From positions 1 through 60,963 of the forward strand of contig CAZXUA010000005.1 in assembly GCA_964643755.1 (NCBI GenBank): 60,963 bases of DNA, written 5' to 3'. Below are positions 30,093-39,766 of this stretch, piece by piece. Every line of letters starts with the position of its first letter. Within the stretch, counting starts at the first letter, position 1. The position numbers were made by a program, and so were the translations under genes. The stretch comes from an uncultured Desulfatiglans sp. GTDB taxonomy: Bacteria > Desulfobacterota > DSM-4660 > Desulfatiglandales > HGW-15. The notes under the pieces were generated by a model. It did not search any database. It worked only from the letters and a program-made list of their open reading frames with translations, and had not been told where the DNA came from.

Positions 30093-30440
30093 TCAATTTA
30101 TGAGATAACCAAAGATATGCAAGAGGTTCTGCCTGACTTGATCTTGATCGATTTTTGACAAATGCCCAATTTTTCTAATGATAAAACGATTATCGAGTGT
30201 GAATAATTTCATCCTTACAACAGATGGAGCCGTTAACCCGGATTGTTCCATATCATTTATTGCAGCATCCAATGGCCATGGTGCATTTTTTTTGCTTGTG
30301 ATCATTGCAAGAATTGAGTGTTCGATAATATCACTGAAGCCACTTTTTTGTGACAAAACAAGTGCTGGACGGCGTTTGGTTCTAGAAGAATCTGTAAAAG
30401 GAAACGGCACTGCAACGATATCAAACAGCTCATAAACCAT
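30093..30440 (-). CDS. mazF: MazF/PemK-family type II toxin
   Basis: MVYELFDIVAVPFPFTDSSRTKRRPALVLS is a typical PemK N-terminus. I prefer ATG 30440, which overlaps the mazE end by 11 nt. Confidence 0.8.
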   Translation of the reverse strand: MVYELFDIVAVPFPFTDSSRTKRRPALVLSQKSGFSDIIEHSILAMITSKKNAPWPLDAAINDMEQSGLTAPSVVRMKLFTLDNRFIIRKIGHLSKIDQDQVRQNLLHIFGYLIN

Positions 30441-30660
30441 TGTATGCTTCCTCATCATTTTGCGATTCCCACTCACTTAATGTAGGAATAAGGGCTGAGC
30501 AGAAATCAATATCAATTGGCAGAGCTTTCCTTATTTTTATAATTTCATTATCTATTTCAAAGGCAATTACATCACCTGCTTTGAGATTGAGCTTACTTCT
30601 TACTGCTTCAGGAACCGTCGCCTGATATTTTTTTGTAAGCCTGCTCACTGCGGTTTGCAT
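30430..30660 (-). CDS. mazE: AbrB/MazE/SpoVT-family antitoxin
   Basis: 76 aa; SpoVT-AbrB swapped-hairpin motif (YQATVPEAVRSKLNLKAGDVIAFEI). Confidence 0.75.
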   Translation of the reverse strand: MQTAVSRLTKKYQATVPEAVRSKLNLKAGDVIAFEIDNEIIKIRKALPIDIDFCSALIPTLSEWESQNDEEAYNGL

Positions 30661-30925
30661 TGCATTCTCCTTTTATATGACTACTTGTAATACGGTATTA
30701 CTATCATGCAATGTAATACATGTCAATGTAAACATATAAAAATACCTATAAAAGGGTTGAGAATGGATGATCCCTAGTTTGCAAGATCCAAGACGCATCA
30801 CCATTCACAACATATCAGCATAATTCATAAATCCAATCGAGGTTAAGCCATTTTACATGAATTAACTCAAGCTGCCAGCCTGTCTTTTCCTATTTCTAAG
30901 GTTGGATAGGATATTCCTGCTTTTT

Positions 30926-30998
30926 CCTCGCCCTTTGCGGGAGAGGATATCTTTCCTTAATACTCTCCACTTGGGGGAGAGGGCAAGGGAGAGGGGGC
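30926..30998. repeat. G-rich GGGAGAGG-type hairpin/repeat block on the 3' flank of DUF559
   Basis: cctcgccctttgcgggagagg (imperfect hairpin) and ctccacttgggggagagggcaagggagagggggcc; supplies the PSPLPSPPSGE tail of the DUF559 ORF. Confidence 0.65.
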
Positions 30999-31328
30999 CA
31001 ATAAATATCTCCTTATTTCAGAAAGCACCCCCTCATGATTATTTAGCACATCATTGTTCCAGAACCTTATTACTTGGAACCCTTCATTTATTAACCAGTT
31101 ATCTCTCACAATATCCTTATATCTGTAAATTGCATGCTGACCTCCATCAAGCTCAATGATCAACCTTTTTTCAAGACATATAAAATCAACTATGTAATTT
31201 CCAATAGGCTGCTGTCTCCTGAACTTGAAGCCTTCTAACTGTTTTGCCCTGATATGAGACCACATTTTTCTTTCAGCATCAGTTGAATTATGCCGAAGGG
31301 TTCTGGCTGTTTTGGTAAGGTTTTTCAT
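30957..31328 (-). CDS. DUF559 (Vsr-like) endonuclease-domain protein
   Basis: RQQPIGNYIVDFICLEKRLIIELDGGQH and FWNNDVL motifs. Confidence 0.8.
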   Translation of the reverse strand: MKNLTKTARTLRHNSTDAERKMWSHIRAKQLEGFKFRRQQPIGNYIVDFICLEKRLIIELDGGQHAIYRYKDIVRDNWLINEGFQVIRFWNNDVLNNHEGVLSEIRRYLLAPSPLPSPPSGEY

Positions 31329-31385
31329 CTTGAAAAATACCTCCTGTTAATAGAGGTAAAGAGTCTTGCTCCATATTAACTTCCA

Positions 31386-31495
31386 CTCCCCTTGCGGGAG
31401 GGGCTGGGGGAGGGGTAAAGGTATTTGATTGAACAGCATTTCTATAACCACCAATTTTCACCCCCACCTAACCTCCCCTGTGAAAAAGGGGGAGG
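31386..31495. repeat. G-rich hairpin repeats on the 5' flank of DUF559
   Basis: ctccccttgcgggaggggctgggggagggg (31386-31415) and cctcccc-N10-ggggagg (31472-31495). Confidence 0.65.
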
Positions 31496-31599
31496 AACAA
31501 AGAAAAGCGAGGCCAGGCACGGGTCGGCTTCGCATCGCCCAGGCCACGCCTCGCTGCTGACTTAACTCCAATGCACAAGGACTCAAGAGCCAAGGGTAA

Positions 31600-33407
31600 T
31601 CAGGCCGTCCTCAACAGGCGGAAACCGATGCTGCCGAACCGGTAGCCGAGCGCGGAGCCATTGCCACGTTCATCCGACCGACAGTCCGAAGCAAAGCTGA
31701 CCCAACTGCCTGCACGGATGACCCGGCCCGAACCCGATGAAGGCCCTTTAGGAGCAGTTACCGGTCCATCAGGTAAATAGCCATACCAGTCATTACACCA
31801 CTCCCACACATTACCGTGCATGTCATATAACCCCCAGGCATTGGGCCTTTTCTGCCCAACCGGATGGGTTTGATCTCAGGAATTAGCGCTGTACCAGGCG
31901 TAATCATCCAACTGGCCTTCATTGTCGCCAAAGCACCATGCGCCATTAGAACCTGCCATGCAAGCATACTCCCATTCCGCCTCATTTGACAGCCGGTATA
32001 TATTTTTGCTAACTAATCCGTTCAATCGTTCTATAAATTTCTGTACGTCCTCCAAAGAAACCTGTTCCACAGGGCGGTAAGTTCCTTTATTAAAATGGCT
32101 CGGATTTTCGCCCATAATAGCCTCCCACTGTACCTGTGTCACAGGATATTTTCCAAGATAATAATCCCTGGTTAAGGTCACCTGGTGTTTCTTATTTTGA
32201 TCACCCATCATAAACTTACCCGATGGAACATGGGCATATTCAATAATGGTTATTTTTTTCCAACCCCTGTATAAATATTATCCACAATCGATTCTATCGC
32301 CTTATTAACCTCCCTTGTCTTATTCACCATCCGGGTTTTTGTGACCGTCTCCTTTACTGCCCTGCGGAACAGGCCCCCAGGTTTTACAACTACCTGCTCC
32401 TGATGTGTTTCTTCTTCAGTATAAGATTCTTTAACCTTTTTAAAACCAGCCGGTGCCTTCCTTGTAATCACGACAAGTGTGTTCTATGCAGCAGTTTCTA
32501 TATCTGTGATTGTTTTTTTAATGGACTGAACAACCTCAAGCATATCCATCAGGGGCCACTCTCCCCCATTTTTCAAGAATGAGTCCATGCGTTTTAGAGC
32601 CAGATTGTTACTGGCTTGCGGGGCATTCTCCCGCCAGAATTTTATCTTTCCAAGGGCTGCTTTAACAATGGGTACTGATTGTTTATATTTCTCTTTTCTC
32701 ATGGCATCCAAAAACCCTCGCAATTGTTCTTCGTGGGGCTTAAAATCACCGTCTCCTGCCGCTTTAAGCGCATAGAAACGGTCCAGGTCAATTGCCTTTC
32801 CAAGAACAGGGAAGGACTTGTCCACATCTCCCATGGACATCATCACCTTGGCTACCTGAAAAAAAGCCTCTCCTACACGGGGGTTAAGGGCAATCGACTG
32901 CTCTGTATGGGCTAATGCATCTTTCATCTTTCCCTGACAATATGCAGCTCACCCGGCAGATAAAAAAGCCCTGGCAGCATCCTCTGGGTAATCGACCCGC
33001 GCATATCTGGCCGCCATCAGAAAAGATTGCTCTGTCCCGGCCAGATCCATAAGTGAAAGGTCCCCTCCGGCAAAGCCCAGTTGCAGTGAGCCTTTCATCT
33101 GGTGGAACCGCCATTCGAGTTTATACCCTGATGAGGTATGGTCACCGGCAATGGCCTTGTCGAGTTCTTCGATGCACTCCTTGTACAACCCCTGGCGGTA
33201 GGCGTCCCTGGCAATTTCAAAATGGTTGAATGCAACCGTCTGTACCGGGGTCTTGGCAATTTTGATCAATTCAGAAAGCGCGTCGTTCATGTGACCGAGT
33301 ACAGCTATCACCTGGCTGAAGCCCCAATGGAACGTGGTGTTCAGTTCGGATATCCCGGCGGAGATTTCTTCCAAACCATATGAAAGCCTGTCAAACCCTT
33401 CGTTCAT
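31600..33407 (-). pseudogene. Disrupted TPR / FGE-sulfatase (SUMF1-like, C-type-lectin fold) domain gene
   Basis: Five ORF pieces. Same-frame stops at TGA 32949-51 (inside a TPR helix), TAG 32484-86 and TGA 31876-78 (inside [14 protein letters not shown]). A 1-nt frameshift sits in the A7 run 32253-59, and adding one A restores ...GVGKKITIIEYAHVPSGKFMMGD. Confidence 0.75.
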
Positions 33408-33592
33408 TGCGCCTGTAACATTATCAAATCCTTCACTAAGGCATCGGTCACCCTGTCTGTTGAAGCATCCATCACCCGGATATGTTCCCTTGCAAGGGCT
33501 TCGTTTGAGGCGATGATGTTCCGGGTCTGGCGCGAAACATCCATAGACACAGCATGACCTGCACTTCGCGAGGTCGCGTTGATGTCACTCAC
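33404..33592 (-). CDS. Small hypothetical protein (may be a detached N-terminus of the downstream pseudogene)
   Basis: 62 aa; GTG start 6 nt after AAGGAG; ATGA overlap with the next ORF. Confidence 0.35.
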   Translation of the reverse strand: MSDINATSRSAGHAVSMDVSRQTRNIIASNEALAREHIRVMDASTDRVTDALVKDLIMLQAQ

Positions 33593-33682
33593 AAAACTCC
33601 TTGCGGTCAGGTAATCACATTAGGACATCTTTGAACCATAAGCATAGTAACTCATGAACATTCCTCCATTAGATGAATGAAA

Positions 33683-35440
33683 TTATTTTTTGATACTATC
33701 GCACACCCCGCACCTAACGCAATTACCAGGGTCACATATTTCTGACTCTGTTTCTTTAAGGGCAAGCTTGTATTCCTTTATTAGAAATTCCTTATGAATG
33801 CCGTGATCAATAAAATCCCAGGGAAGTATTTCGTCAAACTTTTTTGGCCTGTGTACAAAGAAGTCAGTATTCAGGTCTGAATCACGGAAGGCATTTGTAA
33901 AGTCATCCTCATATTCATGCGCCTTTTTAAGAATGGCGCCTACCCTTCTATCTCCCATAGAAAGGAGCGTCTGAAGGTATGCCCACTTTGGCACATCAAA
34001 GGTGACTGTTACGCCCCCCTCCTTTGAAAGACTCTTTTTGAGGAACCTCTGCTTTTCCTTTAGGCTATTAATATCTTCCATAGGAAACCACTGAAAGGGG
34101 GTAAATGGTTTTGGTATAAAACAGTTTATGCTTAACCTGATCTGCCCTATCTCACCCCTTGACTTTGACTCCGTTACCATGACATGTTTTATCCTTTTAA
34201 CAAGGTCATATATGGCAGCCACATCATCCATTGTCTCTGTTGGAAGCCCTATCAGAAAATAGAGCCTTAAGGAAAATTTACCAACCCTTGCTATCATCCG
34301 CACAGCGTCTGTGATCTTTTCATGTGTAAGATGTTTGTTTATCACCCTCCTGAGCCTTTCAGAGCCAGCCTCCGGCGCTATGGCTATATGTTTTTGGCCA
34401 GCCCTTTTCAGAATAGCGAGTATCTCTTCATTAAGGAGATCCGCCCTCAGGGAAGAGAGAGAAAAGGTCTTGCCACTGGACAGTATCTTTTCGGTTATAT
34501 TATTTATGCCCGGTGTATCAAGGACAGAGGCGCTCAATAGCCCGATCTCGCTGCATCCAAAAGGGGAATCGAAAATGGCAGCCATCACCCTTTTTTCATC
34601 CTGGTACCTTGGCGGCCTGTAGACAAACCCTGCGGCGCAGAAGCGGCATGACCTGCCGCAGCCCCTGCCCAGTTCAACAAGGAGCTTGTTTGCAAACTCT
34701 GTTGAATCGGATATGATTGCTGAGCTGTTTACATTGAGATTATCCCGGCTAGTTACCGCAGACGTTATACTGTCAGGGATTCCGTGAATCAGCGGGTGTC
34801 TTGAGGCGATTAAGCCCCCTGAATCATAATCAACATGATATAGGGATGGGATATATAGGCTATCCATCCCTGAAGCGAGGTTTTGAAGAAGTTCCCTTCT
34901 TGAGCTCCCTTTACCCGCTAAGCTTTTAAAGAGTTCAATAAAGGGGTTAATGTTTTTCTCTGCCTCGCCGGTAAGAAAAAAATCTATAAAGTCTGAAATG
35001 GGTTCAGGGTTTAAAAATGTGGCAACCCCCCCGGCCATGACAAGGGGAAATGATTCATCCCTTTCCGCACTTCTAATCGGGATGCCGGCGAGGCCAAGTA
35101 TTTTGAGTATGTTGGGGTAATCATTTTCAAAGGAGATAGAAAAGGCAATAAGGTCAAAGCGTGAAAGGGGGAGTCCGGATTCAATAGAGATCAGGTCCTT
35201 TCCTGCCCTCGGTTGGAGGGACAATTCCGTATCGAGAGGCAGGAAGGCCCTTTCTGCTAAAACATCATCGCGGTTGTTTAACAACCTGTACACAACCTGG
35301 AACCCCAGGTTGGACATGCCCACATAATAACTGTTGGGATAAACCAGGGCCATGCTGAGCCTCCCTCCCCGGTCTTTTTTTATTACCCCCAGCTCACGGG
35401 CCGGCTTCCCGTTTATTAAATGGGCCGAACTACCGGACAT
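33683..35440 (-). CDS. Radical SAM protein with B12-binding-like N-domain (TIGR03960-like)
   Basis: N-terminus LVYPNSYYVGMSNLGFQVVYRLLN; cluster motif GCGRSCRFCAAG; 10 nt downstream of ftsZ. Confidence 0.7.
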   Translation of the reverse strand: MSGSSAHLINGKPARELGVIKKDRGGRLSMALVYPNSYYVGMSNLGFQVVYRLLNNRDDVLAERAFLPLDTELSLQPRAGKDLISIESGLPLSRFDLIAFSISFENDYPNILKILGLAGIPIRSAERDESFPLVMAGGVATFLNPEPISDFIDFFLTGEAEKNINPFIELFKSLAGKGSSRRELLQNLASGMDSLYIPSLYHVDYDSGGLIASRHPLIHGIPDSITSAVTSRDNLNVNSSAIISDSTEFANKLLVELGRGCGRSCRFCAAGFVYRPPRYQDEKRVMAAIFDSPFGCSEIGLLSASVLDTPGINNITEKILSSGKTFSLSSLRADLLNEEILAILKRAGQKHIAIAPEAGSERLRRVINKHLTHEKITDAVRMIARVGKFSLRLYFLIGLPTETMDDVAAIYDLVKRIKHVMVTESKSRGEIGQIRLSINCFIPKPFTPFQWFPMEDINSLKEKQRFLKKSLSKEGGVTVTFDVPKWAYLQTLLSMGDRRVGAILKKAHEYEDDFTNAFRDSDLNTDFFVHRPKKFDEILPWDFIDHGIHKEFLIKEYKLALKETESEICDPGNCVRCGVCDSIKK

Positions 35441-35450
35441 CTTCTTTTAA

Positions 35451-36695
35451 CTAATCCGCCTTTACCCTTAAAAAGGCAGGGTAATCAAGGTCATCCTTGA
35501 AAAAGACCTTTTTAAATATCCCCTTTTTGTGTGGCATAACAGGCTCCTCTTCCTGTTTGACAGCAACCTTCTCCTCGGCCACCGCCTTTCTCTGGAATGC
35601 GGGGATGTCATATTCATCTATCTCTTCACCATTCACCTTCACAGTCCAGTTATCCTTTGCCTCTTCGGGTGTGAGGTCTCTTACTGTTCCCAGTCCGCCC
35701 ATGGTTCCCAGTCTTACCACCTTCTTATATGAATCCCTGTCTATTCCGGTTGCGATTACTGTGATCTGCACCTCATCGCCCATGTCTTCATCAAAGACAA
35801 TGCCCCATACTATCTCAGCATCATCAGCCACCTCTCCCTTGATGTAATTGCTTGCGAGGTCTATCTCCTCCATTGTGATATCAGGCGGCGCAGTTATATT
35901 CATCAAAAGCCCCTTTGCGCCGCTAACAGATATGTCTTCAAGGAGCGGGCTGTTGATAGCCTGCTGCGCAGCCTCGGATGCACGGTTTTCTCCCCTTGCC
36001 CTGCCTGTGCCCATTATAGCAGTGCCCATCTCAGACATCACCTTTTTCACATCGGCAAAATCAAGGTTAATAAAGCCGTTACTCATTATAAGATCCGATA
36101 TGCCCTTTACCGCATTCAGAAGAACCTCGTCTGCCTTGGCAATCAGGTCTTTGAACATCGCCCCTTTTTCGCCTATTGCCTTAAGCCTTTCATTGGGGAT
36201 AATTATAAGGGTATCCACATCCTTCTTGAGCTTATCAATGCCCATGAGTGCGCGGTTCATCCTTTTATCCCCTTCAAACTTGAATGGCTTTGTGACAACC
36301 GCTACCGTAAGAGCCCCGCTCTCCTTACATTCCCTTGCAATTACCGGGGCCGCGCCAGTGCCTGTGCCGCCGCCCATGCCTGCGGTTATAAAAATCATGT
36401 CTGCGCCGCTTACCCATTCACGGATCTCATTGATGCTTTCTTCAGCCGCCTGTTTCCCGATCTCAGGGTCAGCGCCTGCGCCCAGACCCCTTGTAATACC
36501 GGCACCGAGCTGGAGCCTGTTCGGGCAAAGAGACCTCTCAAGGTCCTGGCTGTCAGTATTGGCTGCAATAAAATCTACGCCTTTGAGCTGTGAGGATATC
36601 ATGTTGTTTATTGCATTTCCGCCGCCCCCCCCGATGCCGATTACCTTTATTTTGGCATCATAGGTTTCCTTTCTGTCAACAAATTCAAATCTCAT
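35451..36695 (-). CDS. ftsZ: Cell division GTPase FtsZ
   Basis: GGGGGNA, GMGGGTGTGAAP (T4) and NLDFADV motifs. I prefer ATG 36695 (AAGGAGG 5 nt upstream) over the track start 36767. Confidence 0.95.
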   Translation of the reverse strand: MRFEFVDRKETYDAKIKVIGIGGGGGNAINNMISSQLKGVDFIAANTDSQDLERSLCPNRLQLGAGITRGLGAGADPEIGKQAAEESINEIREWVSGADMIFITAGMGGGTGTGAAPVIARECKESGALTVAVVTKPFKFEGDKRMNRALMGIDKLKKDVDTLIIIPNERLKAIGEKGAMFKDLIAKADEVLLNAVKGISDLIMSNGFINLDFADVKKVMSEMGTAIMGTGRARGENRASEAAQQAINSPLLEDISVSGAKGLLMNITAPPDITMEEIDLASNYIKGEVADDAEIVWGIVFDEDMGDEVQITVIATGIDRDSYKKVVRLGTMGGLGTVRDLTPEEAKDNWTVKVNGEEIDEYDIPAFQRKAVAEEKVAVKQEEEPVMPHKKGIFKKVFFKDDLDYPAFLRVKAD

Positions 36696-36780
36696 AGTGT
36701 CCCTCCTTATTGTTGGCCTCAACTGGCCGTTACTAAAACTATGCCACCAAACTTCACTTTGCTGCATAATTCACTCTCTT

Positions 36781-38004
36781 CTAAATTACATCCTTGAACC
36801 ACTTCTTCATTCGATCCACAACCTTGGCAAAAATATTGGTATCCCTAATCCTGAATTTTTTGTTGCTGCTTGTCTGTTTCGCCCCGTAAAGAACAAGCCC
36901 CACTGCTGTTGCATACATGGGCTTGTTTACCACCTCAACCAGCCCCCCCACCTTGTCAGGATAGCCTATCCTGCATGGCACATTAAATATCTGCTCAGCC
37001 AGTTCAGTTACGCCCTGAAGCTCTGATGAGCCCCCTGTTATAACAACGCCCGAGTTGATTGAATCATCAAACCCTGACCTTATAAGTTCATTCTGTATAA
37101 GTGAAAATATCTCTTCAAGCCTTGGCTCAAGGATCTCGCCAAGGAACTGTCTGGGGAGCGTCCTGGGGCTGCGGCCTCCAACACCGGGCACCTCAATGAT
37201 CTCATCGCTCCCGATCATGGATGTAAGGGCGCAGCCGTATTTCATCTTGATCTTTTCCGCTTCAACGGTAGGGGTTCTGATCCCTATGGAAATATCATAT
37301 GTCAGGTTGTCACCGCCAAGGGCAAGCACCGAGGTATGCTTGATTGAGCCCCTTGAAAAAACGGCCATATCAGTGGTGCCCCCACCAAAGTCAATAAGGG
37401 CAGTGCCCAGGTTTCGCTCTTCATTTGTCAGCACTGCTTCACTCGAAGCTATTGATTGCAGCACTATATCATGGACATCCAGGCCCGCCCTGTTCGCGCA
37501 TTTTATGATATTCTGAGCGGATGTCACTGCCCCTGTCACAATATGTATCTTTGCCTCCATCCTGACGCCTGACATGCCAAGGGGATCCATGATCCCATCC
37601 TGCTCATCAACAATAAACTCCTGTTCAAGGATATGAATTACCTCCCTGTCCATGGGTATTGCAACCGCGCTTGCCGCCTCTATGACCCTTTCAATATCCT
37701 TTTTTGTGACCTCACGCTCCTTTAATGCGATTACCCCGTGACTGTTAAAACCCTTTATATGCCCGCCAGCTATCCCTGCATAAACCGAGCTGATTTCGCA
37801 CCCGGCCATTGTCTCAGCCTCTTCTATGGCCTCTTTGATGGATTGCACGGTCTTTTCTATATTGATGACCACACCCTTTCTCAACCCCTCAGAAGGATGG
37901 GTGCCCACCCCTATTATCTCAATTGCATCATTGACAATTTCACCGACAACAGCGCATATCTTTGTTGTCCCTATGTCCAGACCTACTATTATCTTTCCCG
38001 GCAT
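36781..38004 (-). CDS. ftsA: Cell division protein FtsA
   Basis: Actin-fold motifs (VGLDIGTTKI, DFGGGTTD) and a C-terminal amphipathic tail. Confidence 0.93.
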   Translation of the reverse strand: MPGKIIVGLDIGTTKICAVVGEIVNDAIEIIGVGTHPSEGLRKGVVINIEKTVQSIKEAIEEAETMAGCEISSVYAGIAGGHIKGFNSHGVIALKEREVTKKDIERVIEAASAVAIPMDREVIHILEQEFIVDEQDGIMDPLGMSGVRMEAKIHIVTGAVTSAQNIIKCANRAGLDVHDIVLQSIASSEAVLTNEERNLGTALIDFGGGTTDMAVFSRGSIKHTSVLALGGDNLTYDISIGIRTPTVEAEKIKMKYGCALTSMIGSDEIIEVPGVGGRSPRTLPRQFLGEILEPRLEEIFSLIQNELIRSGFDDSINSGVVITGGSSELQGVTELAEQIFNVPCRIGYPDKVGGLVEVVNKPMYATAVGLVLYGAKQTSSNKKFRIRDTNIFAKVVDRMKKWFKDVI

Positions 38005-38026
38005 TCTCTTAATTCCTGTTATATTG

Positions 38027-38851
38027 TTAACCTGCGTCCCTGAATGATACCACGGCGCCCTTTGTATAATTCAGGTCTATAGCCTTTACCATCTCTATCC
38101 GACCTGTTTCTTTAAGATGACCCAGTATCTTCTTCAGTTCTATCTTTTTCTCATCAAATTCACTGCATCCCATCTTTAACACAAGAGGCATTGATATGGA
38201 GTAGAGAGCGACCTTTTCACCATCTTCAAAATGCAACTCGCTCAACTCATCCTTTGACCATGCCCCCTTTTCCATTTCAAATGCAGACAGTATTTCCACT
38301 GCGAGTTTCAGGTAATGGTCACGCCTCTCGCTCTTTGGATTTATCCCGGTTATTACCGGAAAATCCTTGTTGTCACTGTAGGTAAGCTCCTTGAATGGCA
38401 ACCCCTCTCTGTTCAAATAATAAAGCCTGTCCAGCGCCAGTATCGCATAGGGGATCTCCCTTTCCGCCTTAACCAGCAAAAGATTCGGGAAGCTCTTTTC
38501 AAGTTCAACCCTTTTTATCCAGGGATGGCTTTCCATCTTCCTTTTTATATCCCTCAAGTCTATTGTTAACAGGCACAGCTCACTGTCGAGATTCGATATC
38601 TCAATAAGCTCGCGCTTTGTTTTTTCATCCACCCCGGTGATTCTCACCTCCTCAAGCCTTACATAGGGAGAGGTAATCAGATACTGGTAAAGGTAGATAA
38701 AAAAAACGCTGATGGATACAGCAACCATACACAGGCCAAATATCTTCATGGACATTATTGAGATCGCCTTGAATGCCCTGAAGAATAGAGTGTAATCCTT
38801 GGGCCGCCTTCTACTAACGGCCTGTCTGTCTAGTATGGCCCTTTTTTTCAT
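38027..38851 (-). CDS. ftsQ: Cell division protein FtsQ
   Basis: Single TM helix plus POTRA/FtsQ domain; position between murB and ftsA. Confidence 0.8.
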   Translation of the reverse strand: MKKRAILDRQAVSRRRPKDYTLFFRAFKAISIMSMKIFGLCMVAVSISVFFIYLYQYLITSPYVRLEEVRITGVDEKTKRELIEISNLDSELCLLTIDLRDIKRKMESHPWIKRVELEKSFPNLLLVKAEREIPYAILALDRLYYLNREGLPFKELTYSDNKDFPVITGINPKSERRDHYLKLAVEILSAFEMEKGAWSKDELSELHFEDGEKVALYSISMPLVLKMGCSEFDEKKIELKKILGHLKETGRIEMVKAIDLNYTKGAVVSFRDAG

Positions 38852-39753
38852 TGACCAACCACCCTGACCTCTGTTTCAAGCAGTATGCCTGAATCTTCCT
38901 TTACCTTTTTCCTTGCAACCTCTATCAGCGCAAGGATATCGGATGCCTTTGCATCGCCCGTGTTTACTATAAAATTTGCATGCTTCGGCGATATCATTGC
39001 ACCCCCTATCTTAAACCCCTTTAATCCGCTTGCCTCAATAAGCCTCGCTGCAAAGTCCCCCCGGGGGTTTTTGAACACTGACCCGCAGTTTGGCATATCA
39101 AGGGGCTGACTTGCCCTGCGCATGCTCAAATTTTTTTCCACCCTTTCTCTTACCTGCCCTCTATCTTCATCTTTCAACTTCAGCGTTACACTGTATATTA
39201 CTGACCTTTCCTGTATCGAACTCTTTCTGTATGAAAATTTGATCTCAGAGCCTAAAAGCTCCTCAGCATTGCCCGATGAGTTTACAATGCCTACCTTTTC
39301 TATAAAAGAGCCTGTCTCTTCGCCATATGCCCCCGCATTCATCATAACAGCGCCCCCGAGTGTGCCTGGGACGCCTGCCAGGAATTCAATGCCTGAAAGC
39401 CCTTCCCTGATACAGTATTTAATAAGCTCCCTGTTTGATACCCCTCCTCCTGCTGTCACAAGATTACCGCTTCTGCCCCTTATCATTGCCAGTTCTCCCT
39501 TAAGAATCAGCACCGCCCCTTTTATGCCCTGATCCGTGACCAGCAGGTTGCTACCCTTTCCTATTGTCAAACATCTGATCGATTCCCTGTTTAAAAAACC
39601 CATAACAGATGTCAGCAGGGGAAGATTATTTATAATACATAAAGCCTCAGCCCTTCCTCCTGCCCTTAGCGTGCTGTATGAGGCCATGTCAGCATCAAAA
39701 ATTACAGAATCATTCAATAGTTCAAGAAGAGCTGACCTCTGTTTATTATCCAT
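38848..39753 (-). CDS. murB: UDP-N-acetylenolpyruvoylglucosamine reductase
   Basis: FAD-binding domain (GGRAE..., GKGSNLL) and C-terminal GSVFKNP motif. Confidence 0.9.
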   Translation of the reverse strand: MDNKQRSALLELLNDSVIFDADMASYSTLRAGGRAEALCIINNLPLLTSVMGFLNRESIRCLTIGKGSNLLVTDQGIKGAVLILKGELAMIRGRSGNLVTAGGGVSNRELIKYCIREGLSGIEFLAGVPGTLGGAVMMNAGAYGEETGSFIEKVGIVNSSGNAEELLGSEIKFSYRKSSIQERSVIYSVTLKLKDEDRGQVRERVEKNLSMRRASQPLDMPNCGSVFKNPRGDFAARLIEASGLKGFKIGGAMISPKHANFIVNTGDAKASDILALIEVARKKVKEDSGILLETEVRVVGQ

Positions 39754-39766
39754 GATGCTGCCTTTT

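Noticed and set aside
31876-32951. In-frame TGA codons as selenocysteine or recoded (Gly/Trp) codons
   Set aside because: TGA clearly terminates neighbouring well-conserved genes (folP, coaX, mraZ). One of the three same-frame stops is TAG. A frameshift is also present, and I see no SECIS-like hairpin directly downstream. Pseudogenisation explains all the lesions together.
30661-33682. A complete DGR cassette (TR, avd, reverse transcriptase) next to the VR-like segment
   Set aside because: No ORF in the window has RT motifs (YxDD). I could not find any second copy of the 31600-31740 sequence with T/A-rich substitutions. Only the target-like end is present.
35848-36663. 271-aa ORF on the plus strand, antisense to ftsZ. 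Similar long antisense ORFs occur at 46772-47539 opposite murF, 16429-16986 opposite the helicase, 21550-22479 opposite ftsH and 11217-11714 opposite mfd.
   Set aside because: They lie entirely within strongly supported genes on the other strand. Their products are low-complexity (Ser/Pro/Ile-rich) with no motifs. This is the usual shadow-ORF effect of codon bias.
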